Of a DNA stretch of 64,000 nucleotides, positions 27,402-36,116 are shown in pieces. The position numbers and the translations under genes were made by a program. This stretch comes from Candidatus Latescibacterota bacterium (GTDB lineage Bacteria; Latescibacterota; UBA2968; UBA8231). The stretch covers positions 448,001 to 512,000 of the forward strand of contig CBDCSU010000006.1 of NCBI GenBank assembly GCA_965221775.1, given 5' to 3'. Within the stretch, counting starts at the first letter, position 1. The number at the start of each line of letters is the position of its first letter. Below the pieces are notes generated by a model. That model saw nothing but the letters and a program-made list of their open reading frames with translations, had not been told where the DNA came from and searched no databases.

Positions 27402-28706
27402 CTACCAGTTGGCCATGTTGGCGTCGGAAAACCCGTACGCCGCCTGGAAGATCTCCTTGGCGCGTCCGTACCGCCGCACCGTCTCGTCGTAGCCGGCGGA
27501 TCCCGGCGCGTCGTACGAGGGCGCCTCTCCCATGATCCCGTGCAGCTCCTCGAGCTGGCCGTGGCTGATCAGGGCGAAGGGGTTGTACTGGAGGGCGACG
27601 GTGTATCCCTTCATCTCGGCCCAGTGCTTGTTCAGGTCGACCCTGCTCTCGTCGTCCGTGCCGAGGGCGGCCATGTCGCTCAGGGTGTCGTTGATGTAGT
27701 GCACCACCGTGGCGGCGATGACCTTCTCCATGCCGTTGGCCGCGGCCTCCCGCTCGGCGGCGATCTCCCCCTCCGATCCCTGGTTGACGATCAGGGTCCG
27801 CCCGGCCAGGAAGGCGGCGAAGATGTCGCCGCTGAAGTCGACGCCGGTCCCTCCCCTGTCGCGCTTCCCGGCGTTGCGCGACAGGCCGAAGTTGTACTCC
27901 GACTGGAAGTCGATGCGGCCATCGCCGTTGGAGTCGAAGGTGTAGTCGCCCACCGAGCCGGCGAGTCTGGCATCCGTGTAGCGGGCGTAGTCCCGGGCCG
28001 CGCCGAAGTAGCCGAAGGCCTCGTCCCAGCCGTGCTCCATGGAGGTGTAGGCCTTGCCCTCGCCGTGGGGCTCGCCGTTGCCGCGGTCGAGCAGCCCCGC
28101 CAGGTAGACCCCGGTGGCCTGGTAGTAGGGCACGGCGCCGATGAGCACCTTGTTGACCATCTGGCTCAGATCGACCCCGTTCTCGTCGGTGTAGGCCGCC
28201 GGCGTGCCGAGCTTGCCGGCGTCCTGCGAGTTGGCGGCGATCACCTCGAACCAGCCGCGCACCAGCTCGTCGGCGGTCTTGCCGTAGCCGATGACCGCGT
28301 CACCCGAGATCTTGCCCACCAGGTTCTTGCCCGTGGAGATCGACGAGTACCGGCTCTCCAGGGCGGGCCGATCGCCCGTGGTCGTCCGGGATTCCAGGTC
28401 GAGGGCGTCGTCGTAGGCGTAGAGGTCGAGCATCTCCTGCACCGAGACCGGCTGAGCGCCGTCCTTGCCGACGCTGTCGGTGAGGATCTTCAGGTCCTGC
28501 AGCAGCAGGTTGCGCACCGTCTGGCCCGAGTAGGCGACGCTGCTCTCGCCCTCGGTGAAGCGGCTGTCGAAGACGTAGGCGGAGGGGACGTCGATCGCCT
28601 CGACGGCCTTGTCGCCGTTGCCGTTGACGGGATTGGAATCGTCGTCGCCGCCGCAGGCGAAGAGCAGGGCGGCGGCGAGGAGCGGGATGGACCTCGGGAT
28701 TCGCAT
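27402..28706 (-). CDS. DUF4856-like (imelysin-related) lipoprotein, probable iron-uptake component
   Basis: AAAGGAG RBS; lipobox LFAC; VAYSGQTVRNLL, MEHGWDEAFGYFG, HWAEMKG. Confidence 0.75.
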   Translation of the reverse strand: MRIPRSIPLLAAALLFACGGDDDSNPVNGNGDKAVEAIDVPSAYVFDSRFTEGESSVAYSGQTVRNLLLQDLKILTDSVGKDGAQPVSVQEMLDLYAYDDALDLESRTTTGDRPALESRYSSISTGKNLVGKISGDAVIGYGKTADELVRGWFEVIAANSQDAGKLGTPAAYTDENGVDLSQMVNKVLIGAVPYYQATGVYLAGLLDRGNGEPHGEGKAYTSMEHGWDEAFGYFGAARDYARYTDARLAGSVGDYTFDSNGDGRIDFQSEYNFGLSRNAGKRDRGGTGVDFSGDIFAAFLAGRTLIVNQGSEGEIAAEREAAANGMEKVIAATVVHYINDTLSDMAALGTDDESRVDLNKHWAEMKGYTVALQYNPFALISHGQLEELHGIMGEAPSYDAPGSAGYDETVRRYGRAKEIFQAAYGFSDANMANW

Positions 28707-28738
28707 TTCCGGTCTCCTTTGTGCGAAGAGTTGGGGGA

Positions 28739-31281
28739 TCACAGGCCGCGGCGGATGCCGGCGGTCAGCTGGCGCCGCGGCCCTACGAGGATGCCCGAGC
28801 TGAGGTCGGCCTGGGGCTGGCCGGCGTGGGAGTGCAGCCTCGATCCGATGTAGACCTCGTCGAGCAGGTTCTTGGCGGTGACGAAGGCGCTCCAGCGCGG
28901 GGCGAAGGCGTAGTCGGCGCTGGCGTTGACGATGGAGTAGGCGGGGATCGGTCCGGTGTCGCCGCGGTTGAAGGTGCGGTCGATGTTCTCGAAGTCGGTG
29001 AAGACGTCGTCGACGAGCGCACGTCGGTCCGCAGGCGCAGGCCCCGCGTCTCCTTCACCAGGCTCACGGTCAGGGTGTGGGGCGGCGCGTACGGCAGCTC
29101 GTTTCCGGAGATGTCCACTTCGACGTCGCCGGCCCGCGTGGCCGAGGTGACGCGGCCGTTGCGGACCCGGGTCTGGAGCCAGGTGTGGGCGAGGTGGAGG
29201 TCCGGCAGGACCGGCCCCAACCTGGAGGCGTGCAGGGCCAGGGCCGTCTCCAGGCCGTAGGTCTCCACCTCGCCCAGGTTCCTGAAGGCCGTTCCCCGCC
29301 CGGCGGCCACGAGGTCCTCGACCCGCAGCCGGAAGGCGCAGGCCTCCACGGTGAGGGCCGGACCCCGGGAACGCAGGCCGGCCTCCAGGTTCCAGCTCTT
29401 CTCCGGCTTCAGGTCGAGCCCGCCGGCGCCGGCGTCCTGCCCGAAGTTGGTGAGCTTCAGGGCCCCGCTCGACGGCGGGGTGTAGCCGCGGTGGACGCCG
29501 GCGAAGAGGTTGACCGGTCCGCGCTGGTAGTTGACGCCGAGGCCGGGCAGCAGCACCCACGACAGCTTGTCGGCCAGGATGGCGCCGCGCAGCCGGTCGA
29601 CCCGCTCCTGCTCGAAGATCTCGAAGCGCGCGCCCGGGGAGAGGGTCCAGCGGCCCCACTCGACCCGCTCCCTGGCGTAGAGGGCGAGGGCGGCGGTCTC
29701 GTAGTGGTGGCTCTGGCCGACGATCTTCACCGGGTCGCCGGGATCCCCCGGAGTGCCGGTGTAGTAGACGCCCTCCCGGGCGCCGGGCGCGCCGCCGATC
29801 TTGCGGTCGTCGACAAAACGCTCCCAGTGGGCGCGGACCCCGGCCTCGGCCCGGGCCGCACCGCCGGCGAGGGTGTGCCGCAGGGTGTAGTCCTGGGCGG
29901 CGCCGCCGACGTAGAAGGTCCGCAGGATGCCGAAGTTGCCGGCGCCGCCGCCGACCCGCACGAGATCCCCGCTCTGGTAGTAGGGCACCGGCGTCAGATC
30001 CCCCGTCTCCAGGGCCGAAGCGCGCACGAAGATGTCGTCCTCGCGCCACCAGCGGCGGTCGAAGGCGTTCAGGTAGAGGGTGGTGTTGCCGGTCAGGTCC
30101 GGGGTGATCCGGCTGGTGTACATCAGGTCGAGGGAGGCCCGCCGGACGTCGAAGACGTCGTCCTCCTTGGGATTGAAGGCGGGGTCGGTGCGGAAGGAGT
30201 ACTCCGTCAGGCCCGTGTAGGTGGCGTTCGACTTCTCGAGGTTCCCGTTGAGCTTCAGGTAGAGCACCTTGCGGCCGCTCAGGCGGACCTGGGTCTTCAC
30301 CGTGCCGTTGAGCTGGTCGAAGGTGTTGTTGTCGCGGAAGCCGTTGCCATGCTTGTAGAGCAGTTGCGCGTCGGAGGCGGTCCGCCCGCCGCCGAGGCCG
30401 CGCCACTCGGAGTAGAGGCTGTAGTAGCCGTTGCCTCCCGCGGCGACCTGGTTGACCATCCCCCGGGTGCCGTCGGGTCTGCGTGTGGTGTAGTTGATCA
30501 CCCCGCCCATCGTCTGTGGGCCGAAGCGGACCGCCGAGCTCCCCTTGACCACCTCCATGGCGTCGATGCGCTCCGACGGCGGGTTGTAGTAGGCGTTGGG
30601 ATAGACGTAGACCGCCGGCTGGATCGGCACGCCGTCCTCGAGGATCAGCACCCGCGAGCTGCGGCGGGGGTTGAGCCCCCGGATGCCGATGCTCAGGCGC
30701 GAGTTGCCGAAGCCGTCGTCGGCGTAGCCGTTGATGCCGGGCAGCAGCTCCAGCAGTTCCTGGGTGCCCACGGGCTTGATCAGCTCCACCGTCCGCGGCG
30801 GCAGCTTCGACACCGTTCCCGTGCGCCTCCGGCTGACCAGCGGCGGTTCGCCGAGGATCTCCACCGGGGCCAGCTGGATGGGATCGCTGCGCAGGGCGAT
30901 TTCCAGGTCGAGGGCCGCTCCGGGAGCCAGGGTGATCTCCTCGAGGTGGGAGGAGTAGCCCATGAGGCTCACGGTGAGGCGCAAGCCGCCGGGGGCCACA
31001 TCGTCGAGGCAGAAGGAGCCGTCCCGGTCGGTGACGGCCTTGCGGTTCCGCTCACCCTCCCGCTCAAGGCCTACCAGACCCCCGGGGACCGGCTGTCCGG
31101 ACTCCCTGTCCGTCACCGCTCCGCAGATCTGCCCCGGCGCCCCCCTCCCGGCCGCCGTCTCGGCGTCGATCACCCGGCCCGCGATCTGCGCCGGCGCCTC
31201 GTCGGCGCCCCTCTCGGCGCCCGCCGCGGCGATCCCCGCCAGCAGGCCGGACACGACCATCCACTTCGGAATCCCGCGCAT
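28739..31281 (-). pseudogene. FecA-like TonB-dependent receptor with a -1 frameshift near 29015 (pseudogene or sequencing error)
   Basis: GIRGLNPRRSSRVLILEDGVPI, EVVKGSSAVRFGPQTMGGVINY in one frame; native barrel C-terminus (VDDVFTDFEN...KNLLDEVY...GPRRQLTAGIR) in another. Confidence 0.8.
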
Positions 31282-31493
31282 CAGAACACCGCCGGATTGG
31301 GCTCTCGGGCCCCCTGGTCGCCGGCTGCTTCGCCGGGGGTGAGGACGCTGCGGCCGTAGCTGCCCTCCTCCTCCTCCTCGGGCTGGGGCGACAGCACGGG
31401 GTCGCTCTCGCAGCCGGCCAGCACCATCCAGCACAGGGCGCCGGCGGCGCCCAGCCACACCGCCAGGCCGGCGGGCAAGACGGATCTCCTCAT
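31281..31493 (-). CDS. Small lipoprotein of unknown function
   Basis: GAGAGGA RBS, hydrophobic leader, lipobox LAGC; TGATG overlap with the receptor start. Confidence 0.55.
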   Translation of the reverse strand: MRRSVLPAGLAVWLGAAGALCWMVLAGCESDPVLSPQPEEEEEGSYGRSVLTPGEAAGDQGAREPNPAVF

Positions 31494-31505
31494 CGCGCAG
31501 TCCTC

Positions 31506-31901
31506 TCAGTTCAGGTTGTGGAGCTGCGGCGGCTCGACCCGCGGCCCTGAGAACACCTGCAGGCGGGCGCCGCGCGGTGGGCACGCCTCCTCCGGGGACG
31601 GCCCCTGACCCGACTCGAGGCTCTCCCCGATGGCCTCGGCCGCCTCCTGCATCGCCTCGGCCAGCGCCGGCAGGACCCTGGCGCTCAGGCAGATGACGGT
31701 GGTGCAGAACGCCAGGGACAGGTACGAGCAGGTCAGGAGGCCCGCGTCGACCAGGCTCCTGGCCCGCTGCACTTCCCGGTTCAGCTCGCGGAACTCGCCG
31801 GGGGGCATGCCGATGTTGACGTTCTGGGTGACCAGGTGGATACCGCCGTGCTCACAGCGGTAGATGGTGGCCACGGGGGGATTGCTGACGATGGGCTCCA
31901 T
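31506..31901 (-). CDS. Hypothetical Cys/His-containing protein, first gene of the TonB operon
   Basis: ORF in operon orientation, 12 nt before the next gene; YRCEHGGIHL motif. Confidence 0.55.
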   Translation of the reverse strand: MEPIVSNPPVATIYRCEHGGIHLVTQNVNIGMPPGEFRELNREVQRARSLVDAGLLTCSYLSLAFCTTVICLSARVLPALAEAMQEAAEAIGESLESGQGPSPEEACPPRGARLQVFSGPRVEPPQLHNLN

Positions 31902-31929
31902 GGGATATCTTTCTCACCGGAGACGAAAG

Positions 31930-31977
31930 AGCCCAGACGGGTCCCGGTCGGCCGACCGGGACCGATCGTTTCGGGCT
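31930..31977 (-). terminator. Strong hairpin with a perfect 24-bp palindromic core, possible attenuator
   Basis: GGTCCCGGTCGGCCGACCGGGACC 31940-31963, extended by AGCCC...GGGCT; followed on the minus strand by CTTTCGTCT. Confidence 0.5.
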
Positions 31978-31990
31978 TGCGTTTCTCGAC

Positions 31991-32036
31991 GGGCTATTGG
32001 CGAAGTGCTGGCAGGCGCGGCCAATAGCCCTTTTTT
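31991..32036 (+). terminator. Intrinsic terminator-like hairpin on the + strand
   Basis: 11-bp stem GGGCTATTGGC/GCCAATAGCCC followed by TTTTTT. Confidence 0.6.
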
Positions 32037-32134
32037 GTGCTTACTCGTGTCGGCGGTCTTGTCGATCTTCCATCTGTGCTGTATTCCTCACCATCGTTCC
32101 ATGAACGGCACTGTCGTTTGCCTTTCAGATTTTC

Positions 32135-32188
32135 TGTTTGGCATGCCGAACATTTGTATCAAGGTATGTCCGGCTGAGCGATTGTCAA
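32135..32188 (-). promoter_or_regulatory. Sigma70 promoter plus 18-bp palindromic operator for the TonB operon
   Basis: Minus strand TTGACA (32188-32183)-16 nt-TACCTT (32166-32161); palindrome TGTTTGGCATGCCGAACA 32135-32152. Confidence 0.6.
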
Positions 32189-32217
32189 TGACTTTTCTTC
32201 GGCCCCCGGGGTGATCG

Positions 32218-33411
32218 ATGCCCCGACTCCGCAATCCCTTCGCCGAGTGGACCCGCGACTGGACCCTGCTGGCCGCCGCCGCCGTCGGGGTGGGCGTGTT
32301 CTTCGGGGTCCAGCTCACCCTGTTCAACAACTTCATCGTCGATCGCCTGGACATCGAGCCCCAGGAGCTGGGCTGGGTGGAGTCCCTGCGCGAGATCCCG
32401 GGGTTCATGAACGCCTTCTTCGTGGCCCTCATGATCCGCATGGCGCCGTCGCTGGTGGGCGCCGCGGCCCTGGCTGTCATGGGCCTCGGCCTGATGGCCT
32501 ACGCCGACGTCGGCTCGGTGCCGGCCCTGATCCTCTACTCGGTGGTGTGGAGCATCGGCTTCCACTGCTGGCTGCCGATGGAGGCGACCCTGGCCCTGCG
32601 GTTCTCCCCGGCCGGCGGCAAGGGGCGGTGGCTCGGTCAGCTGCGGGCCGTGCACAGCGTCGCCATGCTCCTCACCATCGGCGGCGGCATGCTGCTGCTG
32701 AAGCTGGTGAACTACGAGGGCATGTACCTGCTCGCCGGGGGAGCCACCATCCTCGGGGGCGCGGCCCTGCTCTTCGCCTCCCGGGGCGACGCCGAGGTGG
32801 AGGAGAAGGGCTTCGTCCTCAAGAAGCGCTACGGGCTCTACTACGTGCTGCAGTTCCTGGAGGGCTGCCGGCGGCAGATCTTCACCACCTTCGCCGTCTT
32901 CGCCCTCGTCAAGGTCCACGGCATGCCGGTGGAGACGACGATGGCCCTGTTGCTGATCAACCAAGTGCTGGTCACCCTCACGGCGCCCGCCATCGGCCGC
33001 CTCGTGGACCGCCTGGGCGAGCGCTGGATGCTGACCATCGGCTACGGCCTGCTGAGCCTGGTCTTCGTCGGCTACGGCCTCATCGATCACCGGCCGACGC
33101 TCTACGTCCTCTACTGCCTCGACAACCTGTTCTTCATGTCGGGCATCGCCCTGACGACCTACATCAACCGGATCGCCCTGCCGGAGGACCTCAAGCCGAC
33201 CCTGTCCATGGGGGTGACGATGAACCACTTCGCGGCGGTGGCGGTGCCCCTCCTCTTCGGGATCGCCTGGCAGTTCTTCGGCCACCGCGTGATCTTCCTC
33301 ACCGCCGCCGTCCTCGCCCTGCTGTCCACGGCCGCGAGCCAGTGGGTGGACCCCGCCAGGTTCGCGAATCCGGCCTCCGGGGACCGGGAGACTTCGGACT
33401 CCGGCGGATAG
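32218..33411 (+). CDS. MFS transporter
   Basis: About 12 hydrophobic segments; IGRLVDRLGER motif A; ESLREIPG. Confidence 0.85.
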   Translation: MPRLRNPFAEWTRDWTLLAAAAVGVGVFFGVQLTLFNNFIVDRLDIEPQELGWVESLREIPGFMNAFFVALMIRMAPSLVGAAALAVMGLGLMAYADVGSVPALILYSVVWSIGFHCWLPMEATLALRFSPAGGKGRWLGQLRAVHSVAMLLTIGGGMLLLKLVNYEGMYLLAGGATILGGAALLFASRGDAEVEEKGFVLKKRYGLYYVLQFLEGCRRQIFTTFAVFALVKVHGMPVETTMALLLINQVLVTLTAPAIGRLVDRLGERWMLTIGYGLLSLVFVGYGLIDHRPTLYVLYCLDNLFFMSGIALTTYINRIALPEDLKPTLSMGVTMNHFAAVAVPLLFGIAWQFFGHRVIFLTAAVLALLSTAASQWVDPARFANPASGDRETSDSGG

Positions 33412-33461
33412 ACCACCCGCCGCCGCCTGCCCGCGCCGATGCAGAGCCGCCGGGCCTCGCC

Positions 33462-35789
33462 ATGCTTCTCCCGCTGATCCTCGCGGCCGCCGCTTCCGCG
33501 GCCCACGCCGCCGCATCCCCGCCCTTCATCCTCGAGCGGGCCTTCCCCGCCCTGCCGCTGGAGGCCCCCGTCTACCTGGAGCCTTCAGGGGACGGCAGCG
33601 GCCGCCTCTTCGCCGCCGGGAAGTCCGGCCTCGTCCGCGTCTTCCACCCGACGCGGCAGGACACGGGCGGGATCTTCCTCGACCTGCGCCCCCAGGCCCG
33701 CGACTTCCGGCCGGAGACCGGCCTCCTCGGGATCGCCTTTCACCCCGGGTTCGCCGCCAACGGGCGGCTCTTCGTCCACTACTCGGGGAGGAACTTCCGC
33801 ACCGTGCTCTCGGAGTTCCGCGTCTCCGCGGACGACCCGGACCGCGCCGGCCCGCGGGAGCGGACCCTCCTCCTGGTCCCGCAGCCGACGGACAGCCACA
33901 ACGGCGGCCACATCGAGTTCGGGCCCGACGGCTATCTCTACATGGGGCTCGGCGACGGCGGCGGCGTGGAGGGCGAGCCCCGCCACGACCACGGCCAGGA
34001 CCTGACCACCCTGCTGGGCGCGATCCTGCGGATCGACGTCGACGCCGGCGAGGGCTACGCCATTCCCGCGGACAACCCCTTCGCCGGCAACGGCCGCGGC
34101 TGGCGCGAGGAGATCTGGGCCTTCGGCCTGCGCAATCCCTGGCGCTTCAGCTTCGACCCCCTCTCCGGGCGGATCTGGGTCGGCGACGTGGGCGAGAAGG
34201 ACCGCGAGGAGATCGACCTCGTGGAGCGCGGCGGCAACTACGGCTGGGCGCGCATGGAGGGCCGCCTCTGCCGGGACCCCGATGGCTGCGACGATCCCGC
34301 CCTCGTCCCGCCGGTCTTCGAGTACGGGCGGGAAGAGGGACTCGCCGTGATCGGGGGCTTCGTGTACGAGGGCCGCCGCTGGCCGCAGCTCGCCGGCCGC
34401 TACCTGTTCGGCGACTTCGGCTCGCGCAAGGTGTGGGCCCTGCGCCGCGACGGGGACGGGTGGAGCAGCGAGCTGCTGGCGGTGGCCGACGACCATGTCC
34501 TCGCCTTCGGGAGGGACGCGCAGAAGGAGCTCTACGTGCTCGCCGGTGACGGGGTGTACCAGCTCGAGTCCGCCGCCGGCCGGGAGCTGCCGCCGCCGCG
34601 GCTGTCGCGGACCGGGGTCTTCTCCCGCATGAGTCCGCCGGAGCCGGCGCCGGGGGTCAGGCCGTACGAGGTCAACGCACCGCTGTGGTCGGACGGGGCC
34701 GGCAAGAGGCGTTACCTCGTGCTGCCGGAGGACGGCCGCATCCGCTTTCGGACCGACGGCGCCTGGGAGCTGCCGGACGGTACCGTGCTGGTGAAGAGCT
34801 TCTACCTCGGAGAGCGGATCGTCGAGACGCGGCTGCTGGTCAAGCGGACCGGCCACCCGGGGTGGGACGGGTTCTCCTACAAGTGGAACGACGAGCGGAC
34901 CGAGGCCTTCCTCCTCGGGGTGGCGGAGACCGCGGAGTACGCTGTGCCATCAGCCGACGGGGCAGTGACGCGCAGCCACTACTTCCCGTCCCGCGGTCAG
35001 TGCGGCGACTGCCACACCCCGGCCTCGGGGTACGTCCTCGGCCTGCGCACCGGGCAGATGAACCGCGGCGGCCTGATCGAGCGCTGGGAGCGGGAGGGCC
35101 TGTTCGCCGGCGAGCTGCCTCCCGCGGAGAGCCGGGCGAGGTGGCCGGAGCCGGCGGACGAGAGCGCCCCCCTGGGGCCGCGGGCCCGCGCCTACCTCGC
35201 CGCCAACTGCGCCAACTGCCATCTCCCGGGCCACGCCATCCGGGCGCGGTTCGACCTGCGCTTCGACACGCCGCTGGAGGAGACGGGGATCCTGGAGAAG
35301 GCCCGCCTGGTGAACCTCGGGGTGCGGGATGGGTCGATCGTCGAGCCGGGGGAGCCGCATCGCTCCCTGCTCCATCTGCGCATGCTCGAGACCGGCCGCT
35401 GGCGCATGCCGCCGTTGGCGACCTCCCTGGTCGACACGTCAGGGGCCCGGCTCGTCGGCCGCTGGATCGAGCGCCTCGGGGATCCGACGGCCGTCGCGGC
35501 GGCGCCGGGAGAGCGGGTTCTGCCCCGGGAGTTCGCCCTGCTGCCGCCGTATCCCAACCCGGCCAACGCGGGTCTGGCGATCCCCTTCGCTGTCGCGGCG
35601 GCGGCAGAGGTGCGGCTGGAGCTGTTCAACCTGGAGGGCCAGCGTCTCGAGGTGCTGCTGGCCGGGATGCTGCCGCGGGGCCGCCACTTGGTACACTGGG
35701 ACGGCGGTGGCCGCGCCAGCGGTCTCTACCTGGTGCGGCTGGCCGCCGGGGGGCGGGCGCAGTCGCGCAAGGTGGTGCTGCTGCGCTGA
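33462..35789 (+). CDS. Secreted PQQ-dependent sugar dehydrogenase (GSDH-like) fused to a diheme cytochrome c and an FlgD/T9SS-like C-terminal domain
   Basis: Signal peptide; HNGGHIEFGPDGYLY..GDGG, GLRNPWRFSFD, GGNYGW; CGDCH and CANCH; PYPNPAN...WDG..ASGLYLVRL...KVVLLR. Confidence 0.85.
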   Translation: MLLPLILAAAASAAHAAASPPFILERAFPALPLEAPVYLEPSGDGSGRLFAAGKSGLVRVFHPTRQDTGGIFLDLRPQARDFRPETGLLGIAFHPGFAANGRLFVHYSGRNFRTVLSEFRVSADDPDRAGPRERTLLLVPQPTDSHNGGHIEFGPDGYLYMGLGDGGGVEGEPRHDHGQDLTTLLGAILRIDVDAGEGYAIPADNPFAGNGRGWREEIWAFGLRNPWRFSFDPLSGRIWVGDVGEKDREEIDLVERGGNYGWARMEGRLCRDPDGCDDPALVPPVFEYGREEGLAVIGGFVYEGRRWPQLAGRYLFGDFGSRKVWALRRDGDGWSSELLAVADDHVLAFGRDAQKELYVLAGDGVYQLESAAGRELPPPRLSRTGVFSRMSPPEPAPGVRPYEVNAPLWSDGAGKRRYLVLPEDGRIRFRTDGAWELPDGTVLVKSFYLGERIVETRLLVKRTGHPGWDGFSYKWNDERTEAFLLGVAETAEYAVPSADGAVTRSHYFPSRGQCGDCHTPASGYVLGLRTGQMNRGGLIERWEREGLFAGELPPAESRARWPEPADESAPLGPRARAYLAANCANCHLPGHAIRARFDLRFDTPLEETGILEKARLVNLGVRDGSIVEPGEPHRSLLHLRMLETGRWRMPPLATSLVDTSGARLVGRWIERLGDPTAVAAAPGERVLPREFALLPPYPNPANAGLAIPFAVAAAAEVRLELFNLEGQRLEVLLAGMLPRGRHLVHWDGGGRASGLYLVRLAAGGRAQSRKVVLLR

Positions 35790-36040
35790 CGCCCAGATGG
35801 CTTGGAGCAACCCGCTGGGCGCGAGAGGCCTGCCGGGAAGCTCGAACGGTTTTGCCGACCGGCCGAACCGCCAGCTTGGCCGGGACCGCAACGGCCGGGT
35901 TGCGGGCGGCCTGCCGGGAGGCCCGAACGAGTTGCCGCGGGCCGAAGCGCCAGGCCCCCAAGGTGGTGCTGCCGCGCTAGCGGCTGACCGCCACGGCAAC
36001 GGCCGGGTTGCGCAGACCTGACCGGAGGCCCAACGGGCGC
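35768..36040. repeat. Degenerate intergenic direct repeats, including a duplicated gene 3' end
   Basis: GCAACGGCCGGGTTGCG at 35888 and 35996; GGCCTGCCGGGA at 35827 and 35908; CAAGGTGGTGCTGC at 35768 and 35959. Confidence 0.6.
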
Positions 36041-36116
36041 CCGGATGCAGCCCCGCAACCTGGGGTGGCCGCGCTGGACCCGGGCGCCGTCGGTGACGTG
36101 TCGCTCCGGTCCGCCC

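Noticed and set aside
29005-29030. Programmed ribosomal frameshift in the TonB receptor
   Set aside because: No slippery heptamer or homopolymer at the junction
31902-32160. Cobalamin or other known riboswitch ahead of the TonB operon
   Set aside because: No B12-box or other recognisable aptamer consensus; kept only as an unknown structured leader
32211-33461. Apparent long N-terminal extensions in the ORF track (also 44163-45719, 54419-55093, 59821-61083)
   Set aside because: These frames overlap recognisable upstream genes; true starts lie downstream at signal peptides, RBSs or stop-start overlaps, so they are not fusions
35800-36060. Possible CRISPR array
   Set aside because: Repeats are degenerate and irregularly spaced, and no cas genes are present
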